Notes under the pieces: generated by a model
The model's input: the letters and a program-made list of their open reading frames with translations, nothing else
The model's database searches: none
What the model was told of the DNA's origin: nothing
Program-made: the position numbers and the translations under genes
From: Candidatus Latescibacterota bacterium
GTDB lineage: Bacteria > Latescibacterota > UBA2968 > GCA-2709665
Assembly: GCA_963662665.2 (NCBI GenBank)
Contig: CAXXJS010000011.1
Location: 11,916 to 75,915, forward strand
Reading direction: 5' to 3'
Length of the DNA stretch: 64,000 bases
Part shown: positions 20,170 through 29,549 of the stretch, one piece after another
How positions within the stretch are numbered: the stretch's first letter is position 1
How the letters are laid out: the number at the start of each line of letters is the position of its first letter

Positions 20170-22707
20170 TCAAGATGACTGGGTTTTGCCGAAAGCATTG
20201 ACAAATATCAGAAAATCGCCAAACCCAATCTCGCCATTGCGATCCAGATCATACCTCGCGTCATACCCTGCATCGTCCCGACTCAATCCGAAATGATTCA
20301 CAAATGCCAAAAAGTCGCCAAAGTCGACAGTGCCACTGCCGTTAAAGTCTGCGGGAAGAGCAGGTCTGTCAAACAGGACTTCTACACCTCTTTTTTCCAG
20401 GTCTGGAATATATGTGTTGATGGCTGCTGAACTCAGCGGGTTGTCCTCGAGATTCAATGTGGTCAGGTTGGTTGCAAATTCAAGCCCGATCAAATCGCGG
20501 ATCTCCCGGTTCCTCAGGTCAAGTGTGGTCAAACGTTCCACATCAGCCCTGGTCAGAGGTCCGTAGCCGGATTTGCCCAAAGTTTCCCGAACGGCCGCTT
20601 TGAGATTGAAGTCGGCCACATGTACCACGGGGGTGACGTAAGGAGACAAGTCCCACAAGACGATCGTGTAATCCCCCTCTCTTTCATAACCGCCGCCTAA
20701 TGACGTGGCGAAAGTTGTGCCATCAGGGGAAAATGCTGTACAAGCACCAAGCAGTCGAGCGTTAGTGTTGCCCTGAAATCTCACGATTTTTTCGTATGTA
20801 TTTGCATCCCGAAGATCAATATCCCCACCCTGTGACGCGGTTATAATTTTCCTGCCATCAAGGGTAAATGACGCATAACGGAGAATATCATTCACCCTTA
20901 CATAAAACTGATCCTTAAAGACTCTTTTTTCCATGTCCCAAAAAGCGACTTTGTTATTGAAAGCAGTTGAAACGAGTGTTTTCCCATCCGGTGAGAATGC
21001 CACAGACGTGACCGTGTCCTCATAGGGAAGGGGGGCGCCAATCTGCCTTTGTGTCGCCACGTCCCATAGCCTGATCGTGCTATCAAAAGCACCTGAAGCC
21101 AGGATCTTTCCGTCCGGTGAAAATGCCGCACTCTGGACACCTTGTGTATGGCCTACAAGAGGGGAGAGTTGGGTTCTAGTCTCCATGTCCCATAACCTAA
21201 TAATGTCTGGGCCGCTCCCTTCAGTATCCGTTATTCCAGCGGCGAGGATTTTTCCATCGGGCGAAAAGGTCAGGGACATGATCCGACTATGATAAGCAGT
21301 AAGCGTGAAGGTGGTTATCTCGGTCCTCGTTGCCACTTCCCACAGCTTGATGCTGCCATGCCATGTTCCCGTGGCGAGGGTTTCTCCATCGGGCGAAAAG
21401 GCCAAAGAAAAAACCTGCTTGATATTCCCCCGATTCGGGTCATATCCCTCGAGGGTTGCCATGTGTGCGCCGGTCTCTGCGTTCCACAGTTCAACAGTCA
21501 GGTTCTCTGTCCCTGCGGCGAGGATCTTTCCATCGGGCGAAAAAGCCACCCCATTGGCTCCATGCCCCCAGGGCTCTTGCTGCCTGTCCAGGGGAATGAC
21601 GAGTTTGTGGGTGGAATCATGCAGAAGCGAAAGACCTATCTTGCGGATATTACCGCGCGTATCCACGGTCTCGAACGTCATCTTGTGTACAAGAGGATTG
21701 GAGAGATTCGTATTACCGGGATCCGATGGAATAATGCCGTCATACTGGAGATCAATAGTCGCATTCGTCGCGCCGTCTAATAGACGACCTGTCTTCAATT
21801 CTGGAGCGCCTGCGGAAAAGTGGGTTTCTGGCGTCGTGACAAATAGAGATACCTGTTGAAGACCGTCAGGGTCGCTGAGTTCCAGTTGGATAGGAACCCT
21901 TGTTGCTCCGGTCTGATATGAACGTGACGAAAGGATATCACACGTTGGCAAATCCGTAACAAACTCCTGAGACATTGAACTATTGGGATTAAAATGGGGG
22001 TGTACGGCCAAATGCCCGGCGCTGAACTCGGATAACCTGATTCGGCTTTGACCCCCGTAAGACATGATGTAGGCATCATTGTTGAAATTGTGCCACAATC
22101 CGAAAGCATGTCCCAGTTCATGGGCCGCCCTGACGACGAAATTCGGGTCGATATATTGCCTCAATATCGCCCATCCACCATTTCTCGATATCTGGAGACC
22201 AAGCCCTAATACATTTCGAGATTGAATGTCTTCTTCGTTGCCGAGAACGATAAAGTAAATATTAGAATCGAGATCGTATCCATATTCCCATTCAATTCTA
22301 TCAAGCGCACGCCAGTGGTCGTAATTACCTCCACTACCATAAACGACATGAACCAGGGGTTCACCCTGTGCATCCTTTTCATAAGTGAAAGTTCTTTCTC
22401 CGAAACCATGCGCCCTTATCTGATCGGTATAAATGCGCTGTACTTCTCGAATGGTTGTTTTCATCTTATTGACCACTTCTTGCCTGAACCTTTGCGGGTC
22501 GGATACGAAGTAGATCATTCGCACCGTGCGCGGCTCTCCGGCATCCAGTGCCCGTTTGCTCGCAACGGGTTGAGTTTGGCGATATTGCTCGAGTTTCTCC
22601 AGATCGACTGGGACGCAAAAATGACTGCCATTTTCCGACGGAGAGGCAGCATCGCCTATTGGAGAGCGCAACAGGCATAGGAACAGGGTAAATGTAAATT
22701 TTCTCAT
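20170..22707 (-). CDS. Secreted zincin metallopeptidase-like / WD40-repeat / LRR protein with C-terminal dockerin-like EF-hand pair
   Basis: Signal peptide; AHELGHAFGLWH plus YIMSY Met-turn; AFSPDGK WD40 repeats; LTTLDLRNREIRDLIGLE LRR; ADFNGSGTVDFGDF tail; visibly lower GC. Confidence 0.85.
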   Translation of the reverse strand: MRKFTFTLFLCLLRSPIGDAASPSENGSHFCVPVDLEKLEQYRQTQPVASKRALDAGEPRTVRMIYFVSDPQRFRQEVVNKMKTTIREVQRIYTDQIRAHGFGERTFTYEKDAQGEPLVHVVYGSGGNYDHWRALDRIEWEYGYDLDSNIYFIVLGNEEDIQSRNVLGLGLQISRNGGWAILRQYIDPNFVVRAAHELGHAFGLWHNFNNDAYIMSYGGQSRIRLSEFSAGHLAVHPHFNPNSSMSQEFVTDLPTCDILSSRSYQTGATRVPIQLELSDPDGLQQVSLFVTTPETHFSAGAPELKTGRLLDGATNATIDLQYDGIIPSDPGNTNLSNPLVHKMTFETVDTRGNIRKIGLSLLHDSTHKLVIPLDRQQEPWGHGANGVAFSPDGKILAAGTENLTVELWNAETGAHMATLEGYDPNRGNIKQVFSLAFSPDGETLATGTWHGSIKLWEVATRTEITTFTLTAYHSRIMSLTFSPDGKILAAGITDTEGSGPDIIRLWDMETRTQLSPLVGHTQGVQSAAFSPDGKILASGAFDSTIRLWDVATQRQIGAPLPYEDTVTSVAFSPDGKTLVSTAFNNKVAFWDMEKRVFKDQFYVRVNDILRYASFTLDGRKIITASQGGDIDLRDANTYEKIVRFQGNTNARLLGACTAFSPDGTTFATSLGGGYEREGDYTIVLWDLSPYVTPVVHVADFNLKAAVRETLGKSGYGPLTRADVERLTTLDLRNREIRDLIGLEFATNLTTLNLEDNPLSSAAINTYIPDLEKRGVEVLFDRPALPADFNGSGTVDFGDFLAFVNHFGLSRDDAGYDARYDLDRNGEIGFGDFLIFVNAFGKTQSS

Positions 22708-23446
22708 GAATTGACCTCTTGAAGTTGAATTTAGCTTCTTTATTCCAACATGATCGAAATATTACATTACACAATAAAAAAATCAAATCAGATTTATCTT
22801 CGGCGCATCGCCCGCGGAAGACTAACGCCTGCTCGATCAGACCAATTATCGAAAATCCGTTCGAACTGTAAGGTCGATTTTGTGTAGAAGCCGATGTAAC
22901 GCAGTAAACGACGTCTTCTTGAACCATTCTTGACCCTCTTTGTCACGTTTACGGCGATGGTCTGACTGCCTTTTTTGGGGCACCTTGCCTTTAGGCAAAA
23001 CAGTTGGGACTCTACGCGGCTGGTTTCTGAGTGTTGCCCATTCTTTGCGCAGGTCTTTTAGCTGGACGTTGTCATACGATAGAAGGATAAATTAGCACTA
23101 TTAACACCGCTTTAGAGGGATATTCACGAGCTGTGAATGGGTATAGGAGTTGCGGTAATGCCGAAAATCTCCAACAAAGAGAAGTGGCGTGAATAATCTT
23201 CTTGAGGTCCTTGTAAGGGCGTGCGCCCAAGCGTGGACGAAAAGGAGCGATGCCATAGATCGAATTTAGCACGAAGTGATCGGCAATGCACGGAATTAGG
23301 GCCGCTCATCGACGATTTCGAAGAATTGGCGAGATGGGTGCACAAATCCACTTCGTTGATCTGTGAGGAAGGGTTTGAAGCCCGCCAGTACAACCACCTC
23401 AGTGTGAATCTGCTTGCGCAGGCCGACGGGTCGCGGAGTAACACAA

Positions 23447-25609
23447 TCACGAAGGCGCCGATTGCGATTCGCCCGCCCCTGCCCGGATTCGCTGCGGCAG
23501 AGAGGTGTGCCGGTCGGCCACCTGGTTGTTTTTGATGGCGATCGCGAGAGCTTTCCTCGTGCCAACGATGACGACCAGGTCCCGCGCCCTCGTGACGGCG
23601 GTATACAGCAGGTTTCGCTGTAACATCATATAGTGCTGGGTGGTCAGCGGAAGTACAACGACGGGATACTCCGACCCCTGGCTCTTGTGCACGCTTGTGG
23701 CGTAGGCCGGCACAATCTCGTCCAGTTCCGTGAAGTCGTAACCCACGGTCCGTTCCGGGTACCTTACGGCGAGGGCCTGGTTCGTTGAGTCGATCCCCGC
23801 CACCCGCCCCATATCCCCGTTGAACACGTCCCTGTCGTAGTTGTTCCGGACCTGCATCACCTTGTCTCCCACCCGGAAGCGAACGCCGCCACGCTGCAGT
23901 TCCTGCCCGTTGGGATTGAGCCGCTCCTGGAGCACCCGGTTCAGGTTCGTTGCGCCGGTCTCGCCTCGATACATCGGCGCCATCACCTGGATATCGTCAA
24001 TCGCGTTCACCCCGTAGGCACGCGGCAGCCTGTCCCGGCAGAGCCCGCAGACCGTCTCCACCACCTCCTCCGGGTCGTCCACCTCGGAAAAAAAGAAATC
24101 CGAACTCCGGCTGTTGTCCACCTCCGGTATTTCACCGGCCAGAATGCGATGCGCGTTGATAACAATCCGGCTCTCACGCGCCTGCCGGAAAATCTCGTTC
24201 AGCGACACGACAGCCGACTCTCCCGAGCCGATGATATCCTTCAAGACATTCCCCGGCCCCACCGAAGGCAGTTGGTCCACGTCCCCCACCAGGACCACCG
24301 TGGCGCTGACCGGCACCGCCTGCAGCAGACTGTTCATCAATGCCACGTCCACCATCGAGACTTCGTCCACGATGATCGCGTCACACGTCAGAGGGTTCTC
24401 GAAGTTCATGTCGAATTTCCACTCGCCCGGGCTGAACTTGAGCAGCCTGTGTATGGTCCTGGCGTCCCGCCCGGTGGCTTCCGACATCCGTTTTGCCGCC
24501 CGTCCGGTAGGCGCGGCCAGCAATACGTCCTTGTCTCTCGCCTCGAAGAGGGCGATCAGGCCCCTGATGGTCGTGGTTTTGCCGGTCCCGGGACCGCCGG
24601 TTAGCACGAGCAGGCTGTGGGAAAGAGCCTTTTCCAGCGCAACCTTCTGCAGAGAGGCGAACCGGATCCCGTCGCGTTGCTCGATCGCCGCGATTTCCGC
24701 CACGATGTCGCGGGTTTCAACCCGCCGGATGCTTGAGAACTGATGTACCCGCGTTGCCACGCCTTTTTCGGCAAAGAAGAGCGAAGGAATGTAGATCCGG
24801 TCCTCCTCGACGACCACCTCTTCCGCTTCGCGAAGCAAGTCGATACACGGCGCGATCAGTTTGTGCGACACTTCCAGCGTCTCCGCGCAACGGTCCATCA
24901 ACTCCGCCACGGGCACATAGACGTGCCCGTCGGACTGCGCCGCGGTGTCCAGCACGTAACGGATACCCGCGAGGACCCGCTGCTCCGATTGGGGTTCCAC
25001 GCCCAGTTTCTGCGCGATCCGGTCGGCGGAGGCGAAACCGATACCCCAGACGTCGCGAGACAACCGGTACGGATTCTCCTGAATCAGTGAGACCGCATCC
25101 TGCCCGTACTGCTTCCAGATCTTCACCGCGTGCCCCGTACCCACGTCGTGCGACTGCAGAAACAGCATCACGTTGTGGATCTCGCGCTGCTCCTTCCACG
25201 CTTCCTCGATCATCGTCGCACGCTTCCGCCCCAACCCCTCCACCTCCACGAGCCGTTTCGAAGCCTTCTCGATCACTTCCAGCGTCTTTTTTCCGAAATG
25301 GTCCACGATTCGTCCGGCCATCACCGGTCCGATCCCCTTGATCAGCCCCGAACCCAGGTATTTTTGCATTCCATGTACGGTAGACGGATATACCTTTTCA
25401 TAGGATTCGATCTTGAACTGCCGGCCGTACCGGGCGTGGTCCGTCCATTCCCCTTTCAGGGCCACGCACTCCCCCGCAACCAGCGAAAGTGTCGTACCCA
25501 CAACGGTGACCGTATCCCGGGCGCCTTCCGGCTGGAACCTGGCAACCGTGTAGCCGCTTTCTTCGCTCTGAAACGTGATCCGGTCCACAATGCCCTGGAG
25601 TCGCTCCAT
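23447..25609 (-). CDS. recD2: ATP-dependent RecD2-like DNA helicase
   Basis: GIGF..ADRIA, TGGPGTGKTT, APTGRAAKR, VGDVDQLPSVGPG, HKSQGSEY and RNLLYTAVTRA. Confidence 0.95.
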   Translation of the reverse strand: MERLQGIVDRITFQSEESGYTVARFQPEGARDTVTVVGTTLSLVAGECVALKGEWTDHARYGRQFKIESYEKVYPSTVHGMQKYLGSGLIKGIGPVMAGRIVDHFGKKTLEVIEKASKRLVEVEGLGRKRATMIEEAWKEQREIHNVMLFLQSHDVGTGHAVKIWKQYGQDAVSLIQENPYRLSRDVWGIGFASADRIAQKLGVEPQSEQRVLAGIRYVLDTAAQSDGHVYVPVAELMDRCAETLEVSHKLIAPCIDLLREAEEVVVEEDRIYIPSLFFAEKGVATRVHQFSSIRRVETRDIVAEIAAIEQRDGIRFASLQKVALEKALSHSLLVLTGGPGTGKTTTIRGLIALFEARDKDVLLAAPTGRAAKRMSEATGRDARTIHRLLKFSPGEWKFDMNFENPLTCDAIIVDEVSMVDVALMNSLLQAVPVSATVVLVGDVDQLPSVGPGNVLKDIIGSGESAVVSLNEIFRQARESRIVINAHRILAGEIPEVDNSRSSDFFFSEVDDPEEVVETVCGLCRDRLPRAYGVNAIDDIQVMAPMYRGETGATNLNRVLQERLNPNGQELQRGGVRFRVGDKVMQVRNNYDRDVFNGDMGRVAGIDSTNQALAVRYPERTVGYDFTELDEIVPAYATSVHKSQGSEYPVVVLPLTTQHYMMLQRNLLYTAVTRARDLVVIVGTRKALAIAIKNNQVADRHTSLPQRIRAGAGESQSAPS

Positions 25610-25655
25610 AGTACGGACCCCTTTATCTGCGTCTGGATTGCACGGCGCCGGAAGA

Positions 25656-26819
25656 CTACGCTTTGTAGGCGATTTCGCCCCGGACAATCGTCGCCACGAC
25701 CGATAGCGCCTCCTGCCCCTCCGCCCAGCGGAACAGCGTCAGGCTCGCGTCCATCCCGGGCGACACGCGTCCCAGCCGGTCGTCCACGCCCAGCAGCCTC
25801 GCAGGGTTGTTGGACGCCATTTCCACCGCATCGGCCAGCGTGGCATCCGTATATGCCACCGTATTCGGAATCCCGTGATCCAGAAACAGGGACGCCCCGG
25901 CCAGATACGGCGTACCTGCCAGGGAGATCTTCCCGTTCCCGTGAATCTCCACCTCGTCGGTCCCGTAGCTCCGGCCGTAGACACCGGGTGGCAGCCCGGC
26001 AATGGACGACACGTCGCTCACAAGGCAGACCCGCTCTTTCTGCTTGGACCTGCAGAAGCTCTTCAACACGGGCGGCGGCAGATGGTGACCGTCCGGGATG
26101 ATCCCCGCCCAGAGTTCGTCGGCGGCAAGCTGCTCCCAGATATAGTTATCGTGGCGGGGAATCTCCGCGTGCGCCCCGTTGCCCAGGTGGGTGGACATCC
26201 GCGCCCCGGCCGTCACAGCCTCCCGGATCCGGGCCCGGCTGGCCCCGGTATGTCCCAACGCGACGATGATGCCCGCATCCGAGGCCTTCTCGATAAAGGC
26301 CAGCGATCCCTCCCGTTCGGGCGCCAGGGTCAGAATCCGGATGCGGCCCTCCGCCGCCTCCTGGTAGCGGCAGAACTCGTCCCAGTCCGGGTCTCGCGTA
26401 TGTTCCAGGGGATGCGCCCCCCTCGGGCCGTCCTCGGATGCGATATACGGCCCCTCCACGTGGAACCCGACAAACGACGCATCCGCTGCCTTCGACTGCT
26501 CGCACGCCCCGACCAGCGCCCTTAAACCCGAAATCGCCTGCTCAGCGGGCGAGGTCGTTACCGTGGGACAGAACAGTGCCGTCCCCGCCCGGTACGGCCA
26601 TTCACACGCCTGAAGCACGCGCTCCACCGTCAGGTCCCCGGAGCTGTAGTTGATCCCGCCCGCCCCATTGACCTGCACGTCGAAAATGCCCGGCGAAATC
26701 CACACGTCGGCGCCGCCCAACGAGGCTTCGCCGTCTTCGCCAACATTTGAGATTCGGCCATCATCAATCGTTACCGACACGGGTGTTTCCGTGCCCACAA
26801 TCTTCCCGCGAAGAACCAT
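25656..26819 (-). CDS. nagA: N-acetylglucosamine-6-phosphate deacetylase
   Basis: PGIFDVQVNG, HVEGPYI..RGAH, TLAPE, THLGNG and PDGHH. Confidence 0.9.
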   Translation of the reverse strand: MVLRGKIVGTETPVSVTIDDGRISNVGEDGEASLGGADVWISPGIFDVQVNGAGGINYSSGDLTVERVLQACEWPYRAGTALFCPTVTTSPAEQAISGLRALVGACEQSKAADASFVGFHVEGPYIASEDGPRGAHPLEHTRDPDWDEFCRYQEAAEGRIRILTLAPEREGSLAFIEKASDAGIIVALGHTGASRARIREAVTAGARMSTHLGNGAHAEIPRHDNYIWEQLAADELWAGIIPDGHHLPPPVLKSFCRSKQKERVCLVSDVSSIAGLPPGVYGRSYGTDEVEIHGNGKISLAGTPYLAGASLFLDHGIPNTVAYTDATLADAVEMASNNPARLLGVDDRLGRVSPGMDASLTLFRWAEGQEALSVVATIVRGEIAYKA

Positions 26820-26936
26820 TCTTTCTCCTTTGCTTGTACTGTCTCGATCGAGAATTCTTCAGCGGCCGTTTCAACCTGGGCCACTGCGTTGCATACAATG
26901 AATCTCCCTACCCCACAAACGTCCCCTATTCCCTTG

Positions 26937-27128
26937 CCCTTTTTCTTGCTTCGCCCAAGAAAAAGGGCGAAAAAGAAGGGCGCCGCTCGGCGCGGGGCCG
27001 GTTTTTCCGTGAACTACCTCAGCGGCGTAAAAGGGAGTCGGCTGCCCTGTTACCTGAATCGCCCGACCGAGCTATGTTGCTGGACGGATTTGCACGGAAA
27101 AACCCCCAACCACACCACCGAGCGGGCG
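26937..27128. repeat. Structured intergenic inverted-repeat element
   Basis: Hairpin CCCTTTTTCTTG/CAAGAAAAAGGG, then nested arms CCGCTCGG/CCGAGCGG, GGTTTTTCCGTG/CACGGAAAAACC and GTCGG/CCGAC. Confidence 0.6.
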
Positions 27129-27328
27129 AAACGTCTTCACACAGGGAGGCCAACCTCACGGCTTCCCTGTAGTCCCGCCGTTTGCCTCTCGCTGTATGTC
27201 TTTGCTTCAAGCTGACCGCTTATGGCTGAAAGCTTATAGCTGATTGTCCTCTCACGTCGTCCCGCTTTTAAGGCTTTGCTTTCGATTAACGATAACATCC
27301 CGGCACCCGTTCCGCAATATGTTTTGGC

Positions 27329-27357
27329 TTGACATCACCGGGGGAATATGGTATACT
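27329..27357 (+). promoter_or_regulatory. Near-consensus sigma70 promoter with extended -10
   Basis: TTGACA-N17-TATACT, with TG one base before the -10. Confidence 0.75.
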
Positions 27358-27444
27358 CATTGACTGTTTGATCCAGCCTCGATAGCAGTCATATTAGTCC
27401 CGTAAAAACATAAATTTAACCACTTTATGCTGAAGGGGTCACGA

Positions 27445-28383
27445 ATGGGTGACGATCAGATTTTCGAAAATAGAATCAACAACTTCAGTAGAACCGATAA
27501 TGTAGACGACTTCACGGCGCTCGGACTGGCGATCGTTGCGGAAACCCTGGATATCCTGCACGATCTGCAGGGCAAGGCCAGCGGCGCCATGGTCATCCGG
27601 ACGCGGGAGGGCGACTACAAGAACTGGGACGCCGAGATCTTCGGCGTGGACGAAGCCGCGGAAGGGGCCTACATCGGGAGGCTGAAAGAGAGTACGCATC
27701 CCGTCGTCCTGCTTTCCGAGGAAGCCGGTATGGTGGATCTCACGGGCGGCAAGGAAGGCGAAAAGATCTATGGCGTCTCCGATCCGTTCGACGGCAGCTG
27801 GCTGTACAAACGCGGGCTGCCGTTCATGCAATACAGTTCCCTTGCGCTCTTCAATGCCAACTTCGATCACCTTGTTTCCGTCACAGGCGACGTTTTCAAC
27901 AGAGATTTGGCGTTCGCCAACGGAAACGGCGCCTTTATGGCCAGGCTGGACGGAAACGCGCTGACCGGCGTGGAGCGGCTGAACGAAAGCTATCGTAAGG
28001 AACGGCACGGAGAACCCGCCTCCGACGTGGGCGACGCGTGTGTGGAATCATACCTCCTTAAACCTGCCAAATTCCTCATGCCGCTCATCGATGAATACAG
28101 GCCGGTCATCGATGCCTTCAAAATGCTCCACCCCAACGGCGGCCCGTACGCTTTTGCAGAGGCCGCGGCCGGGCAGATCGACGTCTATTTTGCCAGGCAG
28201 CAGCCCTACGTGGACGTCTTCTCCGGGATCGCTATCGCTGAACAGGCCGGCCTGATCGTCTCCGATTTCGACGGAAACGAAGTGGCGAAGCCCACGGAGG
28301 ATTACGAGACCGTCTTCGACGTTCTGGTGAGCCGGACGCAGGCCCTGCACAATCAAACCCTCGAGAAAATTACGGAATGCTGA
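27445..28383 (+). CDS. Inositol monophosphatase/FBPase (FIG) superfamily phosphatase
   Basis: LSEEAG, SDPFDGS and AAGQIDVY...YVDVFSGIAIAEQAG. Confidence 0.8.
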   Translation: MGDDQIFENRINNFSRTDNVDDFTALGLAIVAETLDILHDLQGKASGAMVIRTREGDYKNWDAEIFGVDEAAEGAYIGRLKESTHPVVLLSEEAGMVDLTGGKEGEKIYGVSDPFDGSWLYKRGLPFMQYSSLALFNANFDHLVSVTGDVFNRDLAFANGNGAFMARLDGNALTGVERLNESYRKERHGEPASDVGDACVESYLLKPAKFLMPLIDEYRPVIDAFKMLHPNGGPYAFAEAAAGQIDVYFARQQPYVDVFSGIAIAEQAGLIVSDFDGNEVAKPTEDYETVFDVLVSRTQALHNQTLEKITEC

Positions 28384-28395
28384 AAGGAATAGGCA

Positions 28396-29367
28396 ATGGC
28401 CATTAACGGAACCGGCACGAAGGACAGTCCGGTCATCGTTACCGAACTGGCGGCCGGCGAGGTACCGGCTGAGTTGAGACCTTCCAACTTTTTCGACCTC
28501 GATAAATACCCGTTCGAACACCGCGCGCTGGTCGACGGCGCCAGGTCGGTCGTGGATCTCATCGGCAAAGACGGGATCGAGAAATACGCCAGGGAATGGC
28601 TGGCGGACAAGATCGGTTCGGCGGAAGGCGTGGAAGAACGCACCGGTCTGCCGGGCGTCGGGAACTACACGGTGCTGGTGGAGCCCGGCGCCGTTTGCGA
28701 ACCGCTCTTCGTACACGGTGCGCTCGATGGCGAGGGCCATACGCTCTACGTCGCGAACGACGCAAAGGTGGTCGGAGCCGTGATCTACCTGGACGGAGGG
28801 GACGTCTACGTCGGTTCCGGCGCCGTCATAGAGCCGACGGCCGGCGTCAAGGGTCCCACAATTATCGGCCCGAATAACGATATACGGCAAGGCGCCTATC
28901 TTCGGGGCAACATTGTTCTGGGCGGCCACAAGAAACACGGTGACAACGCCATCCGGGGTGAAATCAAGAACGTCCTCATGCTGGACGAAGCCAACTTCCC
29001 CCATCCCTCGTATCTCGGCGACAGCCTCTGCGGTTACGCCACCCACTTCGGCAACCAGGCCACGGCCGCGAACCTGGGCATTATCCAGGGGGTTCGAGAT
29101 CGCGACAAGCGTGTCAACCTGAAGGTCGAAATCAACGATAATTGGTACGACCTGGGCGGCGCCAAAATGGGCGTCGTGCTGGGCGACAGGACGCAACTGG
29201 CCTGCGATTCCCTCACGGACCCCGGCACATTGCTGGGGCCGATGTGCATCTCCTACGGCCTCGCCTACGTCAAGGCCGGCTACTATCCGGCCGGCACGAT
29301 GTTCAAGACCAGGTCCGAGCGGGTCGTGGACACGCAGAAAGGCATCTTCGATCCGGACAAGCTGTAA
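28396..29367 (+). CDS. Left-handed beta-helix acyltransferase (GlmU C-terminal-like, no nucleotidyltransferase domain)
   Basis: Hexapeptide repeats, GAYLRGN, EIKN..HPSYLGDSLCG..FG...AN and KMGVVLGD. Confidence 0.75.
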   Translation: MAINGTGTKDSPVIVTELAAGEVPAELRPSNFFDLDKYPFEHRALVDGARSVVDLIGKDGIEKYAREWLADKIGSAEGVEERTGLPGVGNYTVLVEPGAVCEPLFVHGALDGEGHTLYVANDAKVVGAVIYLDGGDVYVGSGAVIEPTAGVKGPTIIGPNNDIRQGAYLRGNIVLGGHKKHGDNAIRGEIKNVLMLDEANFPHPSYLGDSLCGYATHFGNQATAANLGIIQGVRDRDKRVNLKVEINDNWYDLGGAKMGVVLGDRTQLACDSLTDPGTLLGPMCISYGLAYVKAGYYPAGTMFKTRSERVVDTQKGIFDPDKL

Positions 29368-29549
29368 TTCGCCTTCCAGCCGAGGTGCGGCGGCATCTTC
29401 GCAGAACAGAACGACAACGCCTCTCGAATCCATCAGAAGCGTTGTCGTTTTCTCTTTTCACCCCTTCAGTCCATGGCGCGTCGAAAGGCGTCCCCCACAC
29501 CGGCTGGAACAAACCGGTTGCAGGCGCCGGATTCCGGAAGGACAAATGG

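Noticed and set aside
19640-20296. 218-aa ORF between convergent genes
   Set aside because: It overlaps both neighbours and has no recognisable motif; probably degenerate intergenic sequence.
22750-23440. Possible methylase or transposase remnant (ILLSYDNVQLKDLRKEW on the minus strand)
   Set aside because: The similarity is too short to support without blastx.
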